Part shown: in pieces, positions 43,601 to 56,400 of the stretch
Position numbering within the stretch: the first letter of the stretch is position 1
Layout of the letters: every line of letters starts with the position of its first letter
Source of the DNA: Macrostomum lignano
Lineage: Eukaryota
Assembly: GCA_002269645.1 (NCBI GenBank)
Contig: NIVC01003779.1
Coordinates: 13,132-77,131, forward strand
Direction of reading: 5' to 3'
Length of the DNA: 64,000 bases
Made by a program: the position numbers and the translations under genes
Notes under the pieces: generated by a model
What the model was told of the DNA's origin: nothing
What the model saw: only the letters and a program-made list of their open reading frames with translations
Databases searched by the model: none

Positions 43601-46600
43601 TTCGCGGCCCAGCTGGCTTGAGCGACTGTCCTTCGCCGCGCCGCGTGTGATGAGAGCGGGGAGGGCCCCCCATCAGTCGCTCAGACAGAAAAAGAAAAAT
43701 TTGATGGGTTGGCCACGACTGCGATAGTGCGGCCGGGCCGAAGGTACAACTGAGTGCAAATATAGTCTCCGGGCTGCCTGCTTAGTGGCAACTTTATTGA
43801 TGTCACGGTGGAAGCTCTTCATTCACTTTCCTCTCTCTCCCTCTCCTTCCCTCTCCTCTCCCCCTCTCCCCGTCTCCCTCCCGGTCATCCTCACTCTTCC
43901 CCTTCCTCCCGCTCTCCTCCCAATCGGACTCTTAGTTTTCGATACATATCGGAGATTGACCGAGTTGCACCCGGCCCAGTTAGACGCGAATTCAAGCGCT
44001 CAGCAACCGCGTACAATCCAAGCTAGAGGTCTGCTTGCAGTAGAAGTTTATTGCGCTTGAAACTTTCTTTCTTTCCTCAAATGTCATTTTTTTCGTGTCT
44101 TTTTTCAGACATTTTTTCAGCGGATTTTCAATGTTGGAAATGAATGTGAGAATATCTTAAGTCCTGTTCACCTGTGAGCAGAAACTGAGAACTGGATGCG
44201 CAGCAGCTTGGCTGAAGTAAACCAGATTGATGTTTTTAATAAAACGCAACTTGGGGGGGGGGGGTTGGCTCTCGTGCTAAAGTTAAATTTAGACTCTGCT
44301 CGAGGAGGCCGATTTGGCTTTTTCTAGGCCAGAAGAAGCAGGCAGAAGCTGTTGAAGGCAGAGCTGATCGCTCAATATTGCTACAATCTTGGCCTGTCTG
44401 CTTCTTTTAGCCAGTCCAAGCAAGCAGGGAGCAATCAGCAGCCTCCTCAGGCATTTGATGGCCTCTCTCAGCCGCTTTGAACCCACTAAAGTATCCATGC
44501 ACTGCCCCTAATCTCTCTCATTACTGTCTGATCCATCTATTCCATCTGGTCTCTCTCTAATCCACCTAATCTCGTTACAATCCACCGAATCTCTCTCTAA
44601 TTCATCCATCTAATCTCTCTTTAATCCATCTAATCTCGTTCTAATCCGCCGAATCTCTCTCTAATCCACCGAATCTCTCTATCTCTCATCCGTCTAATCT
44701 TTCTCGAATTCGCCGAATCTCTCTCTCTATCTCTCTCTAATCCATCTGATCTCGTTCTAATCGGCCGAATCTCTCCATCTCTCATCCATATAATCTCTTT
44801 CTAATCCACCGAATCTCTCTCTCGTCCATTTAATCTCTCTCTAGTCAATCTAATCTCTCTCATTATTTTCTCATCTATCCAATCCATCTAACCCCGCTCT
44901 AATCTATCTAATCTCTCTCTTATTTATCTAATCTCTCCCTAATCCACCTAATCTCTCTCTAATCCATATAATCTCTCTCTAATCCATATAATCTCTTAGA
45001 TCCACTTACCAGAGCAATCTCTCTAATCCTAATCTCTCTGATAACGTCACTGACACTACTGACTGGCGTACGCTCGTAAACTCCAGTAGACTGCAGCCTC
45101 CTGATGAGGGAAAATGTAAACTGGAATTCGCGGAATTGGATTTGTAAAATAATGCTTCTTGTCTTGCCTGCAATTTAATTAAATGCAGAACCTGCTTCCG
45201 CTGATTAAACGGCTGTAGAGAATGGAGAGGATCAGCAGATTTCTCAACAAATTTCTCGCGCAACTCTCATAATAAATCCCATTGAAAATGAACCCATATT
45301 TCAAATTTGTTGAAGCTGTCAATTCTGTGAAAGTCGACTCCGGAGCTCTGCATCAATTTTTGTTTTTTTTGCTTTTCAACACGGTTTGAAGGCAGCCGAT
45401 CGTTTTTATTAATGCTTTTGTTTTGCTAAGCTAGAAAGTTTTTTGCGCTACATATCGGGAACTTTCGTCTACAGAGACCTGACTGAAAACACCAGTCTTC
45501 ACCATCAGGCATATGGTGATGAGGTAAATGCTAATTATGAAGGTATTTTGACGAGACAGGCTTCTCATAGTTTTTCGAGATTTAAATTTTCTACCTGTCC
45601 CAGGAGAAATGAGCCTTTTGTTTCTGTCGTTGCCATTAGCATCGAGAAGCCATAACTGTCCAGCGCTAAACCCGAGGGACAAGAGGCCGTAACATTTCAA
45701 AGTTATGGAAATTGATTTGAGGATCCTAATTAAGTTGAAAATTGACTTGGTGAGATAAAAGATTCTAGTTTTTTTACAACATCCAATGTTGGAATCCTAC
45801 AGAGTAAAGGCAGGTTGGGCCATAGACAGCACGCAAGTTTGGATGTCCGATTTCGGGCTGGCTGGATTTCTCTCTGTTAGAAATTTGCCATAAATTTTAC
45901 ATCAGCAATGACACCAGCCATACTTGCTTTATCTGCAAATTGGAAAGTCCAAAAAGGCAAAATATTGTCAATTTGAGGCTAAAATCAGATAAATTCATAC
46001 CTATATTCAATTCATTTAGCTGATGTGCTTTGCGGAATATCACCAAATTATTCTCGTGAAATATTGTTGAATACCGGCTGGCGCTAACATTTCTAAACAG
46101 ACCTCCTCTCGACTCGCAAATCAAATAGCACGATCACACGCCTTGCAGTGGCCTTCAATCAGATATGATGCATTAGCCCGATCCCCCTCCCTGCAGGCTC
46201 TCAAGTTGCGCCTCGGGTAACCAGATCCCGGTTCCCAGATCCCGGATCTTCGGAGTTCACGCAAATTCCACATCTGTCTTAGAGTCTCCCTGAGAGCGAC
46301 AAAGAAAATCTAAATGGGATTGCAGATTCGCTCAGCCCTTGAAACGCGGAATGATATGAGGAAATTCGCATCCCCGATGCCTCCTTAATCTTCCATCCTA
46401 AGCGGATGGAGGCTGCGACTTCAAAGAGCCCAAAAGGCGACTCCCGCCCGCTAGTGCAGTGCTGGGTTAATCCGCGTTATTAGCGGGAGTGGAGCCGCGG
46501 GCCGGCACTCCCCCCCCCTGCTGCGCCGCGAGAGTCGATGAGGAGCGGCCGCCAAGCAGGCAATCAATCAATCAAGTGCTTTTAATACAATGAGAAACCG

Positions 46601-49600
46601 GAGCGGAGCAGGGCGCAGGTCAGACAAGAACTATTTTTACATTCTCAGAGAAAGGGTATCGAAGACTGAATTTAAAAAATCAATAGAAAGAAGTTTCAGG
46701 TAAGCCGAAGGTGAAAGCAAAACACTATTCTGTGCAATGCACCTGTTGCTTTACAGTATCAGGTTGTCAATCACTTTCAACCCCGCGTCGCTTCAAAAAT
46801 TCTTCTACGCGTAAAAAAGCACTTGGCATATACAGTACATTCTGACCTCCCAGTACAGTACATTCTGACCTCCCAGTACAGTACATTCTGACCTCCCAGT
46901 ACAGTACATTCTGACCTCCCAGTACAGTACATTCTGACCTCCCAGTACAGTAAATTCTGACCTCCCAGTACAGTACATTCTGACCTCCCAGTATAGTACA
47001 TTCTGACCTCCCAGTACAGTACATTCTGACCTCCCAGTACAGTAAATTCTGACCTCCCAGTACAGTACATTCTGACCTCCCAGTACAGGACAATCTGACC
47101 CCCCAGTACAGGACAATCTGACCTCCCAGTACAGGACAATCTGACCTCCCAGTACAGGACAATCTGACCTCCCAGTACAGGACAATCTAACTTCCCACAC
47201 GACGCTCTGACTTTTACCGGACTCGCAGACCTTCTCAGTGAATTCACAGGCTTTTTAGTAGTTCTCACTGGACGATCTGAAGCATTCAGTTTCCCTCACG
47301 CCTCACCTCTCCGCTCGCTGAGCTGACTGAGAAGAATCCCACAATTCCGGGATATTTATCCTTGAGATCCTGCACTGGCATGTCGAACTTCGCCACCTTG
47401 TCGCAGTGAGTCCCCACAACAAAGATTGGCACGCCGGGAGCGTGGCAGGAGATGCTGTTCATCCAGAAGTCCAGGCCAGCGTGCTCGAAGCCCAGCCGCA
47501 TGTTCCACACCAGCAGGTACACGGCGCGGGCGGTCAGGAAGAACTGGTGCGTGTTGTAGTACAGCGTCTGGCCGGCGAAGTCCCACACGCTGAAGGTGAC
47601 GGACTGGCCTGACCTGTTGATTGTCCATGTGCTGATGTCAATGCCATCCGTGATGGCCTCCAGGCGAATTTGCGGCGCCTTGAAGTCCGGCGACATCAGG
47701 GCTCGCATGAGACTGACGGGGATCGGGGATGGGGCGGGAGCTTATGATCCTTGAGCACCGACTCTGATTCAGGAGGTTTGAAGCAGTAAAGTGACGATTT
47801 GACTGTGGGGGTTTGAAGCAGTGAAGTGACGATTTGACTCTGGGGGTTTGAAGCAGTGAAATGAAGATTGACTCTGGAGGTTTGAAGCAGTGAAGTGACG
47901 TTTTGACTCTGGGGGTTTGAAGCAGTGAAGTGACGATTTGACTCTGGAGGTTTGAAGCAGTGAAGTGACGATTTGACTCTGGGGGTTTGAAGCAGTGAAG
48001 TGACGATTTGACTCTGGGGGTTTGAAGCAGTGAAGTGACGATTTGACTCTGGGGGTTTGAAGCAGTGAAGTGACGATTTGACTCTGGGGGTTTGAAGCAG
48101 TGAAGTGACGATTTGACTCTGGAGGTTTGAAGCAGTGAAGTGACGTTTTGACTCTGGAGGTTTGAAGCAGTGAAATGAAGATTTGACTCTGGAAGTTTGA
48201 AGCAGTGAAGTGACGCTTTGACACTGACTTGAAGAACTTAAGTGACGCTTTAGCTCCAATTTGGGCATGAAGCGTGAGGCTCTGACTCTCGCGTGAAGTT
48301 ACTCGTACAAGCTTCAATAGACGGCAGTGCATTAGTCACAATTCATCAATTCATCAATGAACAATAGATGTAACAATAGATTCCATTTCCAAAGCCGATT
48401 TATTAGTTTCTATTTTTAGAGACACCGAAACTTGCAATCCACTGCAAAGTGCAACGAGTAACCGTTTAGGCCAGTCTCACCTCGTCTTCCCGGCGCCGCC
48501 CAGGCCGACAAACATGAGCTTGGTGCGGTAGCAGGCCACGCTGCCGCTGGCCAGTCGGCGAAGGTAGGCGATGGTGGCCATCATGCCCTGCGCCAGGATC
48601 TCCTGGGGCGGCGTCTTCAGGTTCTCGCAACCCTGCATCGACAGCACTGAGGGTCGGGTACGTAGCGGGGAGTGCAGGTTTGCGATGTGGCTTGCCGCTT
48701 GTGTCTGCCTGACATCTATATCGTATCTATCTTATTCTATCTCATCTTGTCTACGTCTGTCCGGGGTCCAGGATGAATGCATTTATATCCTGTTTATTTG
48801 GCTTCAATTATACTTTATCTGCATCGCATTTATCTGCCCATGCACAGCACGCTTGTAAGTCCAGCCTTGAAAAGACTGGAAAAAACAATCAAACATGGCT
48901 TTTGAAATTGCAACTAGCTTGGCGCTCCTGCAGAAGCCAGATGCTCTGTGAAATCCTCATCTGTACTGTTTGCATTTATACGCTTCCCCCAGCACGCGAT
49001 GTTATTTTATTGTTGCCGAGACGGCCCCGCCTCACTGCGCATCTCCCCGTCCATCTCTACTGTCGAAAGAGTGCATGACAACGCAGGCTCCTCAGCCACC
49101 ATACCTTTTAGTTCCGGCAGGTTGCCCTGGACGCTCTCCAGGTAGAGATTGTTGTCCAGCACAAGGGTCCGGAGCTGCTTGAGGGCCGAGATCTCCTGCG
49201 GCACCCGCCGGATGCCCTGGTTGCTGAGCACCAGCGACTCCAAGCTGCGGCAGCCCAGCAGTTCCATCGGGAACTCGGCCTCACTCGGCCCGCCGCCGTC
49301 CTCAACGCACAGACGAGGCACCACGGCGAACAGCTCGGCTAGGAAGTTCTGCAGCTCCTGCGCCTGCAGGATTTTATCATTGTTAACGTCGTGTCGAGCG
49401 AACAGCTCCTCGCCGATGCCTTTCAGCGCCTTCTGCACCGCGAAGCCGTGGTTGCGGTACTCGGACCAGGCCTTGTAGGACATGATCAGCCCGGCGCCCA
49501 GGCCGCCGCCCCCGCCGCCCGGCTGCGCTGTGCCTGGCTGATCCGCCGGGCCCGCGGAGCCTCTCCGGAGCTGCCCTCGCCGCCGCCCTCGCCGCCACCA

Positions 49601-52600
49601 TCGCCGCCGCCGCCGCCGCCACCGCCGCGACCGCCGCGACTTTTAGACATCTTGGGCAGCGGGACGCCGGACAAGTTGAGCTGCTTGAGCTTCTTTAGCC
49701 GGCCGAATCCGGCTGGCAGGCGCCGGATCAGCGTCTCCTTTAGCAGGAGGTTCGTGAGCGCCGACATGCGGCCAATCTCCTCCGGCAAGCGGTTCAGCTG
49801 CGTCCCGCTGGCGTCCAGCAGCGAAAGCGAAGGCAGGTCGCAGACGAAGGTGGGCAGGTAGCTAATGGGATTGTAGCTCAAGTTGAGAAACTTTAAACGC
49901 TTCAGCCTGCTCAGGCTGGGGTCCAGCTTAGTGATGAAGTTTTCGTGCAACTGCAGATTGATGAGGCCCTCGGACATCTGGCTGAGCCAGCCGGTGTCGC
50001 GCATCTTGCACCGCGACAGCTCCAAGTTGGTGAGGTTGGCCGCCGAGAGCAAAGCGGCGTTGGGGAACGGCTGCGGCAGCACCTGGTTCTTGGCGCGAAT
50101 ATTGCGAAGGCAGTCCACGTGGCGGCCAAGATCATCTTGCGTCAGGACGGTCTTGGCCGCCGTGTGCGAGTCGCAGAGGTCGCGGCTGTGCGAATGTAGC
50201 ATCTGGGCGATGCGCAGCCCGTTGCCGCTGGCGGATTCCGGACGAGCATCCTAGAGGGGTTTTCCACGGGCTTGCCACGGTTAATCCATAAGCTTTGATG
50301 GGATTTTATCGTTAGAAACGTAGGTATGGTTGGTTAAATTTTGGTTAAATATGCAGCAACTCTGCTTACATATCCATAATTTTTGTTCCTAAAGTATTGC
50401 AGTGTCATAGTCTCGCTTCATATTATCGCTTATAGTGTAATGATGTGTCAGTCATAGCGTCTTCGTTCCTGTCATCTCTGTCTGCTGCAGTGCATTTCTT
50501 CGTGTCTTAACTCAAGGAATTACGATTTTTTGTATTTCCTTCAGCGATAAAACAATGTATAGCACAACATTACTTTTAGACGTCATTTTGTCCTCTGAGG
50601 AAGGAACGCGCTGCATAATATGCAACTTTCGACTGCTGGCAAGCAGTGCGTCTGACATTGGAGACCGCCACCAACGGGATTAGTCATAACCCTTCATACC
50701 CTTCATACTCTTCTTAATGCATTGCTACACTCGTATCTGCCCACAATAGCATCTCAGCCCCGGCGAATCACTTCCCCTATACAGGCCCACCTGCCACTTA
50801 CCGCCCTGCCAGATCTGACCCTAGCAACCGGTCCAGTTTTGGCGCATAGGCTGCTCTCCTTGTAGCCGTCCTGTTCCAGCATCCGCTTCAGCAGCAGCTG
50901 ATCTCTGTAGCTGCGCAGCACCGGCCAGATTCCCTGTGTGATCTGCGGGCAGGGGCATCAGTCTAGCTAAGTCTTGGTAATTAAGAGAGGCCGGTGCCAG
51001 CACTGCTTACCTGATTGACGCCCAGTTCGCTGTCGATTCCGGGCAGGTAAGCCAAGTCTGCCTTGGACAGAAAGGACTGCAAATTGGGCGCATTAACAGG
51101 TGTGTAAATAAACAAATACACACATTTATGCCAGTCGCTAGACACAGCAGAGAAAGCAAATTAAGAGTCTCACGGTGAATCGAAGCAGCATTCCAATCAG
51201 ATAGATGAGGTTGGTATCGTAGTGCTTCACTACATATCGGTACTCGTCCTCGGACAGCTCCACTCCCTGCTTGTCCAGCAGGTGCATGTCGCTCGTGTTG
51301 GCGCCTGTTGCGTTCATTGAGAGCGAATTCGGCGATAGAAAATGGGAACTAAGAAGCAATTTGGGAGCAAAAAGAAACAAAAAAGCAAGCCGCGCATTCA
51401 ATCGATTATCGAAGAGCCAAAATTCCGGAGCAACTGGCCAGGCAAATATTGAATAATCAGGCAATCAGGCAGTCGTGCCGGAAAGCCTGGCCTAGGCACA
51501 AGTGCGTTTCGCAGACCGGGGACAGACACTCCCGCCTCCCTGCTGCAGTTCGCAAAGAGAGAGCGACATAAACACTGGGAAAAACAGGCAGCGGAAAAGT
51601 TTACCCGAAAGTCAATCAGACAACGGATTAGCGGCAGGCCTCGCTTTTAGCCAAGCGGACTCCGGCTCGGGCAACCGGCCGCCTAGGGCATCAATGCAAT
51701 CCAGGCTATTAGCCTCAGCTTGTCATGCGAATCAAAACAAGAAGCGATGGGATTATAGAAATTCCCCAAGCGAGCCGGAGCCACATGAGGCGGGAGAAGC
51801 ATCTGCCGTTAAGCTTGATATTGACGTCACAGCGCGAGACATCAGCGGGAGCTCAAGCTCTCCAATCCCCAAATGGAGAACTGTTGAGCACTGTAGCACA
51901 AATTTAAACCGACAACTATGAGGCATCTTACGTCTCAAATAGCAGTCAGCATGCTTTGAGGACCTGAAGTCAACCATCATATCTCTCGTATTTACCATAT
52001 GAGCCGTTTAAGTCTATGGCCCACCCGCCTTTAATCTGCACGAACTCGCGCCCGAATATGAATTATGGCCACATTCATTAATCTACCACTCGCCTAGCCG
52101 GAAATCAAAGGGCAAAGGAGGTTTATTATGGGCAGACTTCTCGAGCAGCCGCAGCCGCAGCCGCAGCCGCAGCCGCAGCCGCAGCCGCAGCCGCAGCCGC
52201 AGCAACCGCAGAAGCGCCAGTCGACCAGCAGTCGCCAGCCCGTTCCAGCGGCAAAGCAGTCGAACAATGTGGGCTCAGAAGCGAACTGGCTAGACTCAGT
52301 CAGCACTTTCTCGGTGCCCGAGAAGTTGCTCCGCTTCGCGGCGACCATCCCTCAGGCGCCACCGTCCCGGCTGGCTTCTGCGCCGCCGCCACCGCTGCAG
52401 CTGCTTCCAGCCGGCGGTTTCATGTGCGAGTACCGCAACGGCGCCGCCGATGTGCGCGAGTTCTTCGCCCACCTCGGCTGGCCGCAGCTGCTGCCGAGGC
52501 CCAGCGAGAAAATGTGCGGCGGCGGCAGCGGCAGCAGCGTAGCCAAAAGCGTCGGTACCTGTGGCCCAGCCAACCGGCAGTGGAGCTGCGTCTGCGTGCA

Positions 52601-53423
52601 GTCCGCCCTCGCGGCCATGCCCGACTTCGCTTTCTTCTGGGGCAACCTGTCGTCCAGCACATATGCCCTGTGCATGGCGGCCAGCCAGCAGCGCCACAGG
52701 CCGATGGTGATGAACCGCATTCCCTGGGTGACGTTGATCAGCAACAAAAGCCAGCTGGCCGTCACCTGCATGGCGCACAAGCACTCCAGCACCAGCCTCT
52801 GCCTGCAGAGCCACATACCGGCTACATTCATCGTTGATCGAGACACAGACCGGAGCTCTCTGCCGGCGCTGGCCCGGCGCCTTCTGGCCATGCACCCGGT
52901 GTGGATAGTGAAGCCGCACAACTACGCAAAGGGCGAAGGAATTCAGTTGGCATTTCGCGAGGACGGCGAGGCAGCGATGCTGCGCAGCCTGTCCAGCGAC
53001 CGCTGGGGCATCGGCAAGGTGGTGCAGTGCTACATGACCGACCCCATGCTGCTCAGCGGCAAGAAGTTCGACTTGCGCGTCTTCCTACTCCTAGTAACCA
53101 CCGGCTCAGGGCTGCTGGCGTTCTACCACACCGGCTACGTGCGGCTGGCGCTGAATGACTTTCTGGTCTGCGACAAGCAGCGCCTGGACACGCACCTCAC
53201 CAACCAGGCAGTGCAGGCCAAACAGTCTGGCTACGAGGCTAACAAGGAGGACACCATCTGGACGGTGCAGCAGATGAACAGCTACCTCAACCAGCTGCCG
53301 AGCAGCGAATTCGGCAACGACTGGACGATCAGGGAGCTGCATCCGAAGGTCAAGTTGCTCGTGGCCGCCCTGGTTGAGGCGCTGGCGCAGCGGGTGCAGA
53401 AGGACCGGCGCAACAGCAGCGGC

Positions 53424-53466
<43 letters not shown>

Positions 53467-56400
53467 GGGAGCGGCACCCGTGCCGGAACACGTTCAGCCT
53501 GCTGGGCCTGGACGTGCTGGTGGACTCGGCCGGCAAGCCCTGGCTGATCGAGGCCAACGCGGATCCCGCGCTCAGCCGGCAAACCCGGACATTGGAGCGG
53601 CTGCTGCCGACCATCACGGCGGAAGCATTCGGTCTGGCCATGGAGATCATCTACAAGTGCCACGGTGCCGACCCGCAGGCACCGGCACCGGCAGCCGAAG
53701 ATTTGGCCTTCCTGCAGAACTTCCAGCACATTGGTTTCTACCCAGTGACAGAGAAATGAGGGCCGGTCTCGCAGTGCTGCTGCTCAGCTCTGCTCGCTTT
53801 CAGTTTATAAAAGACGCGCGTCGCCAGTCCCTCCCTGGCCGGTGCCTCCTCATTTTAAGCGCCTCAACCTCGCGATGAGGCGTTTGGTTTTTTGTTGCAG
53901 ATTTACAAGATAAGGAAGGCGTGAAAGTAAAAAAGTGAAGCAGTTCTTGTCCCGGAAATCTTCAGCATCTTTAATGCGTTTTAAATTTTGCTTAGCGCTG
54001 TTCGTGTGTGCTTTTGAAAATTGAAAAAAATCTCCAAATAGAGACACAGCTGCGCCCGATATTGGGAGACCTGCACCTGCTGCCTTCAACGAGAATAATT
54101 ACACAGTAGATTGGCCGTTTGGTAAATTACTTCTAGCTGGCAAAATAAGTACAATAAAAGTAAAAGCATTTTTTGGAGTAGGTTTTTGGCATCATGGCGC
54201 AACGCTTCTTTCGACACCATCCCACAAGCAGTGCTGGGCGACTCTTGACTCCTGCATACAACATACAAGCACGTAGGTGTACAGCGTGTACGCTATCTGT
54301 GCCTTGGAGGTTTGACTCTCATGGGTGTGATCGCACGACAGCCCCAATTGAATGTGACGCGGTTACCACTGAGCTGCTCTGCCCTTTTAATTATCTAGCA
54401 AGGAAGGTGGCAACGCAATTAGATAACAACTTACTCCACTGCAGACCGCGACACAAAAAGTGCAACCGCTGATCTTTCGGCGACTGCATCTTTATCCTGG
54501 GCGCGATGAAGATGTCCTCGGACTTGAGCGTACCCGGCAGCAGGACAAAGTAGCCGGCATTCCTGGCCGGGTTCCACTTGACGGTCAGGCCGGCGGTCAG
54601 GGAGTATGGCGAGTTCACGCTGGAGGTGCAGCGTCTCGACTGCTTGTGCCGGATGGGCAGCGGAGTGTACTGGCTCTGAAGCGGTGGGAGAGAGAGTTGC
54701 GCCAGGCCAGGTCAGCGCTGAGTTCAGGCAGATGTCAGCAGTCTCTCTTCACCAACCAGAGCTGAATTAGCATTCAAGTCAGGCGTCGGGACTGCGGCTT
54801 AAGCCTCGTCAAAGTCCGTCCGACAGTTTAATTTATTTTTCGCTATCAAACCTGCATGCAATACTTGCCTACGCGGCATTCTACATTGAATTCTAATACT
54901 TCGCTACAGAAGTCCTGCGATAATATTGACTGAGAGCTCCTTGGCATACCCACCTGCTGATTAGGAGCATAGGGGAACACCGACGAAGCTAATTTAAAAA
55001 ATATCATTTCAGATTTCAAACTACAGAAACTTCGCCAATGTCTTGCCAGGTGCAAAAAGCGTGAAAATTAATCAAGCAAGACTCACGTCCAGGTATTGAA
55101 AGTTTCCAAACGGCACGGGCAGATATGTGGGGTAAGCCGACAGATAGTCGTACCACTGATCGAAGCCCTTCAGTTGTTCTGCGGAATTTTGGCATTGACC
55201 TTTAGACTTAAAGTACATCCAAGACTTAAGCAATGCTCTCAGCTGAACGAGAAGTGTTTTATCTGCTCACTCTTGTCAACTACGGCGTTGATCTCCTCCG
55301 GGTAAAAGCCCAACGGCCGGATGTCGTCAGAGTCGACAGCGAACAGCCTGCCGTGCTGCAGATCCTCCGGCGGCGCCACCTCCAGAAGGCCGTCGCGGAT
55401 GCTGGTGACGACGCCCGGCAACCAGGTCTGACCGACTCCGGTGCGGAACAGCAGCAGCATGCCGGGATGGAAGTGCAAGGTGGAAACGTGCTGCGGACAG
55501 TGTAGAAACAATCACGAATTTAGAGTGCCCAATTCGTTATGCGTACTTTTATTTTACTGGGCCAAGCTCGAGGGCATCATAAAGGTTACTTCACTAAATT
55601 TCTCTGCGCAATAGGTGACACATTTTATCCAGTGCAATATGCCCAAACATAAAAAGTTGACGCCACTACAAACAAGATATGATAATGCGAACGACGTGAA
55701 TCAACTAATACCCGTATGGTACAAAGATGCATTCTGTAATTTTTTGAATTCGTCCTAGAGGCTCGAAAAATGAAATAAAATTACCGCAAACTGCGGACAG
55801 CCCAGAATGGCCAGGTTCCGACTTTCGGATGAGGGCTCTTGCTCCTCGAGTGGGTAGCGAGCTCGCACAAAAGCGTACAGCTGATCCGTTATGGGAGCTC
55901 GCAGCAAAACTTCGCTGTTGATTGAAACTTCCAGTTGGTTGAAGTAGCACTGAAATGAGTTTTTTTATAGTTAATTGCGTCTGCAGTGTCAAACACTCGA
56001 ACAGAATAACACAAATGGTCGGGGATTGCACAAGCATCGCCCAAATGGTCTGGGACTGCACTAGCATCCGCCAAAATGGTCTGGGACTGCACTAGCATCG
56101 CCAAAATGGTCTGGGACTGCACTAGCATCCGCCAAAATGGTCTGGGACTGCACTAGCATCGCCAAAATGGTCTGGGACTGCACTAGCATCCGCCAAAATG
56201 GTCTGGGACTGCACTAGCATCCGCCAAAATGGTCTGGGACTGCACTAGCATCGCTCAGATGGTCTGGGACTGCACTAGCATCCGCCAAAATGGTCTGGGA
56301 CTGCACTAGCATCCGCCAAAATGGTCTGGGACTGCACTAGCATCCGCTAAAATGGTCTGGGACTGCACTAGCATCCGCCAAAATGGTCTGGGACTGCACT

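Noticed and set aside
43077-47306. A nested gene or retroelement in the 4.2-kb intron (ORFs 43011-43595, 44289-44498, 45006-46124)
   Set aside because: No recognisable protein motifs, LTRs or consistent splice chain.
27717-50250. LRRK1/LRRK2 or MFHAS1 orthologue
   Set aside because: No kinase or WD40 domain follows COR; TIR domains do. No gene symbol assigned.
53850-54089. ORF as an additional Roco exon or terminal exon
   Set aside because: It would need a weak GTTGCA donor at 54466. The stronger GTAAGT donor at 54434 joins in phase directly to 51304.
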